Virus record (IMG/VR): IMGVR_UViG_3300027861_004304
Coordinates: 7,938 to 71,937 of that record
Direction: 5' to 3' (one strand)
Length of the DNA: 64,000 bases
Source of the DNA: a virus
Every line of letters begins with the position of its first letter. Position 1 is the first letter of the stretch. Shown piece after piece: positions 39,216-48,473 of this stretch. The translations under genes and the position numbers were made by a program. The notes under the pieces were generated by a model, which had not been told where the DNA came from, searched no databases, and saw only the letters and a list, made by a program, of their open reading frames with translations.

Positions 39216-40099
39216 TATTTTTCATAACCCCATCTTTTAAGTTGTGGATGTAAAATTTCTGTTATATATGAGGGCAGGTCTTTTGGTAAACTTTTCCACT
39301 CTTCAAGAATGCCACTATTCATATGGTCACCATGAAGAGATAATCCGGTTTTATTTTTTTTATCCCACGATCTAAAATTTTGATGTAATCTAGTTTTTTT
39401 AAAATTATTCTCAAAAGAGAATCTTGATTTCAAATCTTCTCTTTTATCTTCCCCTATTCTTAAATCCCCGTCATAACCGTGAAATTTTAAAATTTCCCTA
39501 TTTTCTGTAGAATTAAAGAAGGCTTCGAATTTATCAAAGATCTTATTATAATCACTATAAAAATCTTCATATTTCAACAACAATACCCGATCTTTAAATT
39601 TTGAATTAATAAACTCAAACCCATTAATTTGAGGGATTACTTCTCTTTCGGCCAATAAGAATAATTCTTTTTTCGTAGGGAGAGTCGTGAAGGACTCTTC
39701 TTTGCAAATACCAAACATAGATAATCTCATTCGCCTCGTCGACAAAATAATATCTCTAAAATCTCGATACGTCACAATGATCGGACTCCCATTAGTTGGT
39801 GGTCGAAATAAATTAAATCTAGGTAACTTATAAAAATAGAGAATTTTATCGTAGTCAAAAATTTCTGACATCAACTGCTTCAATAAAGTAGATCCGCTCC
39901 TTGGAACAGAAAAATTGTATATAATTTCATCATAGTTGTTAATATCTGTGTTTCTTCTTCGCGACTTTGAATTGTCGAATTGATCGCCCTCTTCTAGATA
40001 ATTTAAGACTTTAGGATTGTCCGTTTCTCCCCAAAAGCTATGAGTGGGTCTGGTGTATTCAAGATATCTCATATACTTTTGAAATTTTATTGTTGTCAT
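39215..40099 (-). CDS. Sulfotransferase-family protein
   Basis: PAPS-binding SVPRSGSTLL, YRDFRDIILS, LLKYEDF, G..EEWK. Confidence 0.8.
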   Translation of the reverse strand: MTTIKFQKYMRYLEYTRPTHSFWGETDNPKVLNYLEEGDQFDNSKSRRRNTDINNYDEIIYNFSVPRSGSTLLKQLMSEIFDYDKILYFYKLPRFNLFRPPTNGSPIIVTYRDFRDIILSTRRMRLSMFGICKEESFTTLPTKKELFLLAEREVIPQINGFEFINSKFKDRVLLLKYEDFYSDYNKIFDKFEAFFNSTENREILKFHGYDGDLRIGEDKREDLKSRFSFENNFKKTRLHQNFRSWDKKNKTGLSLHGDHMNSGILEEWKSLPKDLPSYITEILHPQLKRWGYEK

Positions 40100-40107
40100 T
40101 TTTTACC

Positions 40108-41001
40108 CTATGTTTGAACATATTCTATAAAATTATTAAGAATAGTAAATTTATCTTCCACAATCGAATATATATTCATGTTTGTGTATTTTTTCCATTC
40201 AACCCATTCTTTCAAGTAGAATTCCTGAAATGACGAATCTTCGAAGATGCCGGCTGAATTTTTCGGATCATCCCAGCGGCCGCCAATTCCATCGAATCCG
40301 ACAATATAGACATTACTGGATCCGATATGGGCACAAACAGGTAGTGTTACCATGGTCATCTTGTTTTCAGTCATGTGCATAAATCCATACTTCTTTTTGT
40401 TGACATATGGAAACGCGCGGCCTTGCGAATATATATTTCTTAAATAAGGCTCTGCTGCTGGTGGATATCCAGAACTTCCAAAGATTATAATATTTTCTTC
40501 ATTATTAAATCTTAGGCTTGGTTGCCTAGAATTTTCTCCAAGACTAGCTAGCTTAGGATATTCTTCCGGATTCTGGTTTATACTCTTAATTGAAGTATAT
40601 TTTAAATCCTGCACTTCGGAAAACTTTGGGCGCGCCATTTGTAGATTTTCCCAAAATTCTGTCCAATATTTCAAAGGAAGGCGCACTGTATCTCCTGCAA
40701 AATATTTATTTAGAGTCTTGATATCGCCGATATGTGTTCCCTTTTCGTGATGAATTGTTAGTAATTTTGTTTTTAATTTTTTATGTTCAGTATATGTATC
40801 ATTAATTAATTTTAAAGTATCAAGAGCCGACGTGGGGTCAACGAAAAACCAATAATCTGGCTCAATTCCCCTTTGCAAGAATAGTTCCATAGAATTACTA
40901 TAACACATGATCTCAATATTGGGATCTTTAGAAAATCTTGCGAGATCATCCCACATTTTTAAGGTACTCTCACCGGTACCGACAAGTAATATGTTTTTCA
41001 T
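40108..41001 (-). CDS. Maf/DUF115-like (CMP-nonulosonate transferase-like) protein
   Basis: ILLVGTGES, CYSN, GIEPDYWFFVDP, IGSSNVYIVGFDG, and C-terminal NIYS pattern. Confidence 0.65.
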   Translation of the reverse strand: MKNILLVGTGESTLKMWDDLARFSKDPNIEIMCYSNSMELFLQRGIEPDYWFFVDPTSALDTLKLINDTYTEHKKLKTKLLTIHHEKGTHIGDIKTLNKYFAGDTVRLPLKYWTEFWENLQMARPKFSEVQDLKYTSIKSINQNPEEYPKLASLGENSRQPSLRFNNEENIIIFGSSGYPPAAEPYLRNIYSQGRAFPYVNKKKYGFMHMTENKMTMVTLPVCAHIGSSNVYIVGFDGIGGRWDDPKNSAGIFEDSSFQEFYLKEWVEWKKYTNMNIYSIVEDKFTILNNFIEYVQT

Positions 41002-42011
41002 AATTTAAATTCCGTGTGTAGCGGCAAATTTAGAATAGAAGAATGCACAAGCTCTAAATTAGGAAGTATTTGGCCGTTGCTAAAATATGAGGTTTTGTGC
41101 AACATCGGATAGTGTCTCGCTAATCTATTATTTAATATAACATCATTTGCCTTGATTGTCAAGGCCGTAGCGAAATAAAATGAAGATTTTTTATTGTGAG
41201 GTAATAGACACCCCTCAAATTTATCTAGCATTTTGAAATAATTCTCTTGCCTGATCTTCAAACTGTCCTCATATCGATCTAGTTGAACTAACCCCATTGT
41301 GGCGTTGAGATTGTTCATATAAAATTTGAAGCCTTCTTGAACTATATCATATGATCCTTCGCCTTGTTGTCTTCCAAAATTGCGATAAGATCTGAAATAT
41401 TCATCAGCACCGGGGTCATCTGTGGAAATCATTCCACCATCAGATGTACAAATTGGTTTATAGGGGTGGAAAGAGAAAAATATAAAATCACTTTTAATAG
41501 TTGGCGTGACACAATGAGCGGAGTCGACTACGACAATCTCGTCATCGCATTTTTCTTTATAAAAGGCATCAAAACCTTCAATGTTGCTTACCCCGCCGTA
41601 TAGAACTGGCATAACGACGCGAGGATTTGATTCCCAAAAAACGTCCCGCAATTTGTCGCGGCGAAGTTGCCTTTGTTTTTTATAATCTTTTATGCTAAAT
41701 TGAAGATTATCGTCAACATCAACAAAAATTAAATTATGGCCAAAATGTTTTGCTGCCCAAGCTGGGGATGTGAATCCCAGAGATGTAGTATATACATCGC
41801 ACACTCCATATTTTTCTTTAAGATAAGAAAAAATCATAAAAGCCGATGCGCTGGCTGAATTTGTTGCAATATTAAATTTTTTATTTGAAAAGGAAGCAAA
41901 CTTGTTCTCGAATAATGACACATTTTCGCCAAAACCTATATTCCCACTCAATAAAACCTCATTTATTTTACCAAGATCTTCTTTGCAAATTCTTGTTTCA
42001 AACATCTTCAT
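40998..42011 (-). CDS. DegT/DnrJ/EryC1/StrS PLP sugar aminotransferase (PseC-like)
   Basis: ATNSASA, VDSAH, FSFHPYKPICTSDGGMI, GFKFYMNNLNATMG. Confidence 0.92.
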   Translation of the reverse strand: MKMFETRICKEDLGKINEVLLSGNIGFGENVSLFENKFASFSNKKFNIATNSASASAFMIFSYLKEKYGVCDVYTTSLGFTSPAWAAKHFGHNLIFVDVDDNLQFSIKDYKKQRQLRRDKLRDVFWESNPRVVMPVLYGGVSNIEGFDAFYKEKCDDEIVVVDSAHCVTPTIKSDFIFFSFHPYKPICTSDGGMISTDDPGADEYFRSYRNFGRQQGEGSYDIVQEGFKFYMNNLNATMGLVQLDRYEDSLKIRQENYFKMLDKFEGCLLPHNKKSSFYFATALTIKANDVILNNRLARHYPMLHKTSYFSNGQILPNLELVHSSILNLPLHTEFKL

Positions 42012-42016
42012 TTAAA

Positions 42017-42985
42017 TTATTCCGCGATCTCGAGCCCAGACTTGATTAACTCAATTAATTGACAAACATCTTCGTTTAAATGAAGTGATGAATTAAATTC
42101 TTTTCCGGCATAGAGAACACTATAAGTGTGCTTCTTGTGAGTGTATTGAGGTAGCACGGCCAATAAATTATTTGATATTTCCATAGTGAAGGGAAGTTCT
42201 GTCTTAGCCAGCATATCTTCATGAAGCTTTTCCCCAGGGCGCATGCCGATAATTTTCACCTTTAAATCATCAATATTTGTTATTTTTTTAATAGAATCTA
42301 AAATGGTACCCATCGAAAAGGAATTAATCTTTGGTATAAAAACTTCTCCACCCTGAGCGCTCTCCAAAGAATTTAAAACTGTGTCAACTGCATCGTTGAG
42401 AGTAAATAAAAATCTACTACACTCCATAGAGGTGACAGTGATCTCTCGACCAGACTTAATTTGATTGAGCCAAAGAGGAATGAACGAGCCGCGAGAGGCA
42501 ATCACATTTCCATAGCGAACCGATGCAAAAATTGTGCTACTTGAATTGTAATCAAAATTTGTAAAAATACGTTCTGCTATGAATTTTGAAGAACCATAGA
42601 CGTTGACCGGTTGACACGCCTTATCTGTTGAGATAAGAATGCACTTTTTAACATCGTTATTAAGCGAGGCTATTGCTACATTCTCACTACCTTTAATATT
42701 TGTTTTAACGCACTCGTCTGGATAAAATTCCATATCTTCTATTCTTTTTAGAGCACCAGCGTGAATAACATAATCTGGTTTATGTAGCCTCATTGTTGTG
42801 TCGAGTTTTTTATGATCTCTCACATCTCCGATGACACACTTGATTCTTGGACGACCCTTGAACGAAACCGCTTGTTTTCCCTCGTCTCTGCTATAAACAA
42901 TTATTTGATTCTTGGGATCTTTCAGAAGCTTTTTGATGAGTGCTTTACCCAAAGATCCTGTACCGCCGGTAATAAAATATTTCAT
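42017..42985 (-). CDS. pseB: UDP-GlcNAc 4,6-dehydratase (PseB/FlaA1/FnlA family)
   Basis: ITGGTGSLG, YSRDEGKQ, HAGALK, STDKA, YGSSK, RYGNVIASRGS, RPGEKLHE. Confidence 0.85.
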   Translation of the reverse strand: MKYFITGGTGSLGKALIKKLLKDPKNQIIVYSRDEGKQAVSFKGRPRIKCVIGDVRDHKKLDTTMRLHKPDYVIHAGALKRIEDMEFYPDECVKTNIKGSENVAIASLNNDVKKCILISTDKACQPVNVYGSSKFIAERIFTNFDYNSSSTIFASVRYGNVIASRGSFIPLWLNQIKSGREITVTSMECSRFLFTLNDAVDTVLNSLESAQGGEVFIPKINSFSMGTILDSIKKITNIDDLKVKIIGMRPGEKLHEDMLAKTELPFTMEISNNLLAVLPQYTHKKHTYSVLYAGKEFNSSLHLNEDVCQLIELIKSGLEIAE

Positions 42986-45018
42986 TATAATTTTACTCTT
43001 TCAATTGTTTTTGGTGCAGGATTGATAGAGGAAACTATTTTTAAAGTTGTGCCTCTTTTATTTAACCAATCTGCCCAATTAGTGATTGCATCAGTCGTGA
43101 TCTCGGCCTCATGCTTGAGGGTGGCCACTGCGTCTGGATTATCTGATACTTTATTTTGCTGAATGAACTCTTTCTCATTATAATTAGACCCTTCTTTGTC
43201 ATAAAAGTGCGTCTTAGACGGATCAGGGCTTATCAATTTATTATCCCACCCGACAGTTATAATCTCTGATACTCCTAAATGCTGGGCTAAATAGAATACT
43301 GATTCATACATAATTCCGGGCCCATAGGGTCTGGTATTGGTTTCTTTGTCATATGTCCAAGAGTCGAAATCGTGTGTTTTGGAAACAGAATTGTTAAAAT
43401 CCCTTTCTCTAATAAAGAATTTTAAATCATTTACCCCCAAGTTCCACGGAGTCGTAGATGCCTCAACCGCAATTGGATTGTGGGTTGAATAATCATAATT
43501 CTTAAAATTGGCGCAGTTATATGTATGAAAATCTACATATTCTCCAAACAAGTCAAAGGCTTGCTTTACTGAAATTACAACGTTGTCTTTAAGAAGATCT
43601 TTTAATTTTCCTTCGTCGTGGTCCGTTAAGGTCGGCCCGCATGATAAAATATAGCATTTCTTTCCCTTGAAAGAATCTTTCAACAACTCAATTTTTTCTG
43701 TCTGAGAGTTGAGGTTTCTTACTGCGCTTTTAAGGGCTTTTGACCTTTCTTTCACATTTTCAATTTCTAAAATTGAATCTTTGACGGTCGACAAATTCTG
43801 GACATCTTTAATGCCCGGAAGAACCTCTTCCGCAAACTCATTATATATTTTTTCTTCTGTGAAATTCTTTACAAGATATTTCTTCAATTTTGCAGCGTTT
43901 CTTTTGAACCTGGAATATTCACCCCGGACTTCTCGGAGCCTCCTCTTAAAGCTGGCTTCTCTCGGAAAGGCCCATTGAGAATCCGCCTGGATAACATTCT
44001 CCCAAACGGCCTGCTTCTGGACGTCCTGTAAATCATAGTCTACGGACGCAAACATGGGCTTCTTTTTCCCTTTTCTCTTTGGATCAGGCATGTAAAGGAA
44101 GTCACAGTGACCTGACCAGCCAGATACGATCACTGGAAGACCATTATAAGCTGCCTCAAATAGAGGAAGACCAAAGCCTTCTCCGTGAGCCGTCGAAACA
44201 AGCGCTTTAATTTTTGGATGTTGATATAAACCGGTCATTTCTTCCGGTGTCAAATCTCCGTGTATCAGATAAACTTTACACTTACAGGTTTCCCCTCCAA
44301 AGGTGCGCAGGAGAGATTGGAGTCTGCTTTGAGTGTGGCCCCGATCAATGATGCAATTGCTCTTAACAGAAGTTTTAAGAACAAGGCCAACTTCTTGATC
44401 AAAGTTTTCTTCCAGAAACCATTTGACGAGATTATCAAAGTTTTTCCTTGGACCCCATTGAGAAACGGCAAGGTAATTGAAATCATAATCGAGTTTCAAG
44501 TTGAGCTTCTCTTTCTCAAAATGACGAACTGGATAATTAACTGCCGCAATCGGAGTCTGACAAGTCAAGTGAACAGTTTCGCCTGTCTGATTATTCTGCC
44601 CTTGATAGTTTGTTGTTTCAAAGACGCCCTTAGAGTGGTTTGAGACAACGACAATTCTATCCATCTCGTTTGCTTTTTGAAGCCAAACTGGTGCAACCTT
44701 CGTTGTTTCAATTCCCGCTGTATATCCAATGTTAATTGGTGCCAGTTTCTCCCATTCGTTGGGAATTGTTACTTGCAATGACATGTCAAATTGTCCACCC
44801 TGCTGAGTAAAAATATGCGTCTGTGCGATTCTCTGATCTGTCCAAGTTCGTTCTTCGCACGCATCGCTAACCCAGCCAGTTTGGCCCCATGCGGTCGGAA
44901 TAACATAAATATCAAAGATGTCTTCCCTTGATCTGAGAGCCCTCAAAGCAAATCTTGCCTGTTCTCCATATCCAGATTGTGAAAGGACTGGCCCCCTTAC
45001 TACGATTTTTTGTCTCAT
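42985..45018 (-). CDS. GT4 glycosyltransferase fused to a C-terminal Maf/DUF115-like domain
   Basis: N-terminal SGYG, RKN, HGEGFGLPLFEAAYNGLPVI (GT4 E-x7-E); C-terminal LKDSFKGKKCYILSCGPTL...YLAQHLGVSEIITVGWD...HFYD; start likely MRQKIVV (45018, ATGA overlap). Confidence 0.85.
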   Translation of the reverse strand: MRQKIVVRGPVLSQSGYGEQARFALRALRSREDIFDIYVIPTAWGQTGWVSDACEERTWTDQRIAQTHIFTQQGGQFDMSLQVTIPNEWEKLAPINIGYTAGIETTKVAPVWLQKANEMDRIVVVSNHSKGVFETTNYQGQNNQTGETVHLTCQTPIAAVNYPVRHFEKEKLNLKLDYDFNYLAVSQWGPRKNFDNLVKWFLEENFDQEVGLVLKTSVKSNCIIDRGHTQSRLQSLLRTFGGETCKCKVYLIHGDLTPEEMTGLYQHPKIKALVSTAHGEGFGLPLFEAAYNGLPVIVSGWSGHCDFLYMPDPKRKGKKKPMFASVDYDLQDVQKQAVWENVIQADSQWAFPREASFKRRLREVRGEYSRFKRNAAKLKKYLVKNFTEEKIYNEFAEEVLPGIKDVQNLSTVKDSILEIENVKERSKALKSAVRNLNSQTEKIELLKDSFKGKKCYILSCGPTLTDHDEGKLKDLLKDNVVISVKQAFDLFGEYVDFHTYNCANFKNYDYSTHNPIAVEASTTPWNLGVNDLKFFIRERDFNNSVSKTHDFDSWTYDKETNTRPYGPGIMYESVFYLAQHLGVSEIITVGWDNKLISPDPSKTHFYDKEGSNYNEKEFIQQNKVSDNPDAVATLKHEAEITTDAITNWADWLNKRGTTLKIVSSINPAPKTIERVKL

Positions 45019-46280
45019 TTTGTAATCTCCGTGAAAGCCCAAGGCTTATATCCTTTCCGTGTTTCCCAGGAACCGTGGTTCTCGACGACTGAATCAATCA
45101 AATCAATCCACTGCTTCTGGAAGTTCTCAAAATTATAGTTTTTTGCGACGTGTTGACGGCCTTTGATTCCCAGAAGTTTCCTTTCATCGCGACTCATCAA
45201 AAAAACGTCTCTCAGAGCCCGTATGAAGTCTTCCTTAGAAACCCTGTCTTCGTAGATGTATGGAACCTGTTGAGAGCCTATGATGGCCTTTGAGGCCGGT
45301 GTAAGGCCTATTCCAAACCAGTCCTTCCCGTCAGTGACTTGTTCCTGCAGGCCGCCGGTCATATTGACGATAATCGGGGTCTGGCAAGAGAGGCTTTCAA
45401 GCGTTGCCAGCCCAAATCCTTCTGCGTCTGAAATATTGATCGTACAGTCGGCCATGTTGTACATCGCTGCAAGGGCTTCAGGGGCAATTTTGTTTGTCGA
45501 AAGAACAATGCGGCCGTCTGTTGCTTCAAGATTATTTAGAATGACCTCGAGGTCTTGACCGTTTGGATCCTTCGGGTCCGTATGCATGATGAGACGAACT
45601 TTATCTGTCCCCACCTCTTCCGCAAATTCATTAAACCAGTGAACAAGCGAGCCGCTCATCTTCCGGCGTGCGTTTCTGTTATTCCAGAAGAATGTCACCC
45701 TTTTGTCTTCGTCGCCATCAAAGTGGTTTGCTCGAAGGCTCGCGATATCTTCATCTGAAAATGGTCGGAAGATTCCAGTATCAACTGCGTGAGGAATATA
45801 ATGGTTTTCGACATGCGGAGAAACTTTATTGACAATATCGTGGGTTACCTTTGAGATTGACGCGATGACGTCTGTTGAGCTATAGAACTTATCATTAAAT
45901 TTTGGAAGAGGATAATTGTCCCAAACGTGATAATAGACCATTGGAATATGTTTTCGCACTTCATTTTCAATGGACCACAACCAGCCGTAGAAGCGAGGGT
46001 CTGTCATAAACCAAAGCATATCTGGCTTTTCATTGAAGATGACTGAACGGACCATTTCTGGGGTTCCATAGCCCTTAACTGGATATACGATCCAATCTTC
46101 GTCCCAGCCTTCTACTTTTTGTGGTTTGTAATCTTTGTGTGCGACGGCGCCGCCAAGACAAATGAATTTGTATTTGCCTGTTTTTAGCAGTGTCTCAATA
46201 ATGTACTTCGTTTGAGTTCCAACTCCCGACGGAGCCATGGGGTGATCTGCAATCACCAAAATCTTCTTTTTTTCTGTCAT
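45015..46280 (-). CDS. GT4 (GT-B) glycosyltransferase
   Basis: SGVG, IPHAVD, NRNARRK, YNMAD, AEGFGLATLESL, TGGLQEQV. Confidence 0.92.
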   Translation of the reverse strand: MTEKKKILVIADHPMAPSGVGTQTKYIIETLLKTGKYKFICLGGAVAHKDYKPQKVEGWDEDWIVYPVKGYGTPEMVRSVIFNEKPDMLWFMTDPRFYGWLWSIENEVRKHIPMVYYHVWDNYPLPKFNDKFYSSTDVIASISKVTHDIVNKVSPHVENHYIPHAVDTGIFRPFSDEDIASLRANHFDGDEDKRVTFFWNNRNARRKMSGSLVHWFNEFAEEVGTDKVRLIMHTDPKDPNGQDLEVILNNLEATDGRIVLSTNKIAPEALAAMYNMADCTINISDAEGFGLATLESLSCQTPIIVNMTGGLQEQVTDGKDWFGIGLTPASKAIIGSQQVPYIYEDRVSKEDFIRALRDVFLMSRDERKLLGIKGRQHVAKNYNFENFQKQWIDLIDSVVENHGSWETRKGYKPWAFTEITK

Positions 46281-46288
46281 TTAAACCT

Positions 46289-47050
46289 CTATGGACATTC
46301 GGGGGATCGGCAAAAATCGCACTTTGCGCAAGACCGCTTGTCCTTAATATAATTCTTTCTTTTAATGTTGAAAAGAGCCTTTTTTAGAAGGCTGCTTGCA
46401 TTTTCCATCTTTTTGTTTCCGCTTGTTACGCGAAAGATTTCAACTCTTGATTTTTTTGCTGTTCGTTTAAGAAGAGCAAAGTGTGTCTCAATATTTTTCA
46501 AGTCGATTCCGTGCTTCTGCGCAAAGAAAATCTTGTATAATGTCAACTGATAGGTCACCATTGGATCAGATCGTTTTCGCATATCCCATCCCCAAGAGCA
46601 GGACTTCCAATCAATAATGTGATATTTTCCGTCAGGGGTCTTGACGACAGCGTCGATATATCCCTTGAAGTTGTAATCTTCATTGTCAATTTTAACCATG
46701 AGTTGTTCTTCTGTTGAGAACACTTCGTATCCTTCCTTAAAATACTCGGTGACGGCTGGAATAATCGCTGGGAGGATCCCCATTGCTTGGACGGCCATAT
46801 TCTCCAAGTCTTCTCGGAACTCGATGTCGCTATCCAATGCTGCCAAGCACTCCTCGAATCTCTTCATAAAGTATTCTGGCGGCTCAAATTTCTCTTCTAA
46901 CAATTTCTTCTCACAAACGTCGTGAATGGCAGTTCCAAAGGCAGTATATTCGTTTCCCCTAAATCCCTTGAGCTTATCAATATAAGTCAATTTGTGATAG
47001 AAGGGACAGAAATTCCAATTTTTCAACTCAGAAAAGGATATGTGTGGCAC
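46289..47050 (-). CDS. PD-(D/E)XK nuclease, Cas4/AddB-like with Cys cluster
   Basis: SFS...CP, GTAIH, GYIDAV, IIDWKS, QLTLY, C-terminal CAKCDFC...C. Confidence 0.88.
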   Translation of the reverse strand: MPHISFSELKNWNFCPFYHKLTYIDKLKGFRGNEYTAFGTAIHDVCEKKLLEEKFEPPEYFMKRFEECLAALDSDIEFREDLENMAVQAMGILPAIIPAVTEYFKEGYEVFSTEEQLMVKIDNEDYNFKGYIDAVVKTPDGKYHIIDWKSCSWGWDMRKRSDPMVTYQLTLYKIFFAQKHGIDLKNIETHFALLKRTAKKSRVEIFRVTSGNKKMENASSLLKKALFNIKRKNYIKDKRSCAKCDFCRSPECP

Positions 47051-47053
47051 TTG

Positions 47054-47458
47054 TTACTCTTTTGATGGTAAAGTTTCTTCTTGTATATATATTATAACAT
47101 CTTCAGGAGATTTGTCAAGTGTTTTTTTCACTTTTTTCACTTTTTTTATGGTTTTAACTGGTTTTTTCTTAATTGGGGCTGATTTTTTAACTTGAGGGGG
47201 TGGCTCTGGCAGGACGGGTGATTTTTTAGGTTTCTCAAAGACCCATTCTCCAGATAAATATTTATGCCCAGACTTGTTTGTAACCATATCTGATGAGGGG
47301 CTTTTCAGGCATGCTCCAACTTCCACTTCTTGCTGTGAAAGATATTTCATGACATCTTTATGTAAAATCTTTTCCCTGACCTTATTTTTTCCTTTCAATG
47401 GGGCGACACTCACCAAGACTGATATTGTGTCGTCACTTTCATTTATTTTAATCTTCAT
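47054..47458 (-). CDS. Lys-rich hypothetical protein
   Basis: 134 aa ORF with GAGGAG RBS. Confidence 0.55.
   Translation of the reverse strand: MKIKINESDDTISVLVSVAPLKGKNKVREKILHKDVMKYLSQQEVEVGACLKSPSSDMVTNKSGHKYLSGEWVFEKPKKSPVLPEPPPQVKKSAPIKKKPVKTIKKVKKVKKTLDKSPEDVIIYIQEETLPSKE
47091..47118 (-). promoter_or_regulatory. Sigma70-type promoter TTGACA-N16-TATAAT with extended -10 TG
   Basis: Inside the 3' end of 47054..47458; points into the nuclease and glycosylation cluster. Confidence 0.7.
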
Positions 47459-48146
47459 ATTCGTGTAGCTCCTCTACTTTTTTATAAAGCTGCGGACATA
47501 TTTTGGCAAGATACGAGCGCTCGTCTAGAAAATAATATTCAAATCCATTTGCAAAATACTCTCGCAATGATGTTGCGCTGTATGCAGATGTAAAAATTCC
47601 ATATGATGAGCAGATAAAGTTGAGGCGGTCATATCCAACGTCCTCATACAGATACATATCAAGTTCTTTTGAATAATCTGGATCCATAAACATCTTTAAG
47701 CTTGGATCTAGCCCTTCTGCTTTTAGAATTTCGTATAATTGTGTTCGTTTGGCCAAGAATTCTTTTTGAAGTTTCCCGTCTCCGTAGATAAAATATCCCT
47801 GTGGGGATTCCAGCGAGTGGGCGATTTCGTGAACGATGTCATCCACCATGTCTTCTTCGTTGCTTTGGTCGTTGGTCACATATATCGCGCCGTCTTTGAA
47901 CATTGCGTTTGTTTCCATTTCTTCAAATTCTTCGAAGATTCCAACAAAAATAGAATCAATTTCTGAAATGAGATGAGATGGAATAACAGTGCTGATTTTC
48001 TCCATAACGTTGCGGACGTCTACTTCTCTGGTAAGTGGATCTTTTATATAGAGATTTATTTTTTCATTCAAATAAAATTCCCTCTGCTGTTCTTTGGATT
48101 TTTTAACAGAAGTCTGCAAGTACTCAACAATATAATTATTGGTCAT
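47448..48146 (-). CDS. Putative zincin metallopeptidase
   Basis: HEIAH motif plus downstream YSATSLREYFANGF (lethal-factor/MtfA-like third ligand). Confidence 0.6.
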   Translation of the reverse strand: MTNNYIVEYLQTSVKKSKEQQREFYLNEKINLYIKDPLTREVDVRNVMEKISTVIPSHLISEIDSIFVGIFEEFEEMETNAMFKDGAIYVTNDQSNEEDMVDDIVHEIAHSLESPQGYFIYGDGKLQKEFLAKRTQLYEILKAEGLDPSLKMFMDPDYSKELDMYLYEDVGYDRLNFICSSYGIFTSAYSATSLREYFANGFEYYFLDERSYLAKICPQLYKKVEELHEYED

Positions 48147-48417
48147 CTTTCGTTTCTTTTTCTTTAATTAGTTCTGAAGTCACTTCTAGCGACGACTCAA
48201 AATCTTGCAATCCTTGACTGTATCCTCTGAAGAAATTCTCTTCCGCCAGTACGAGGACCAATTCTGGGAAGTCTTTTGCCAAAACTTCGATGACCATTTC
48301 TATAGTCACTTCCTCATTCTCTGGGCTTAATTTGTCTCCCACATAATCTACGATGAAACTTTTAAGTTCACCTTCTTTGGAAACTGTTTTATCCAATAAT
48401 TCTCTTTCGTCAAACAT
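48136..48417 (-). CDS. Acidic hypothetical protein
   Basis: 93 aa; GGAGAGG RBS and promoter upstream. Confidence 0.7.
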   Translation of the reverse strand: MFDERELLDKTVSKEGELKSFIVDYVGDKLSPENEEVTIEMVIEVLAKDFPELVLVLAEENFFRGYSQGLQDFESSLEVTSELIKEKETKDDQ

Positions 48418-48438
48418 GGCCTCTCCCCTAATATCTTA

Positions 48439-48467
48439 ATTATAACCGTTCTAACTACAAAAGTCAA
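48439..48467 (-). promoter_or_regulatory. Sigma70-type promoter TTGACT-N17-TATAAT
   Basis: Read directly in the intergenic gap. Confidence 0.75.
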
Positions 48468-48473
48468 GTAAAA

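Noticed and set aside
34218-46280. Bacterial O-antigen or capsule locus
   Set aside because: No wzx, wzy, wzz, ABC exporter or undecaprenyl-phosphate initiating transferase; seamlessly embedded among phage genes
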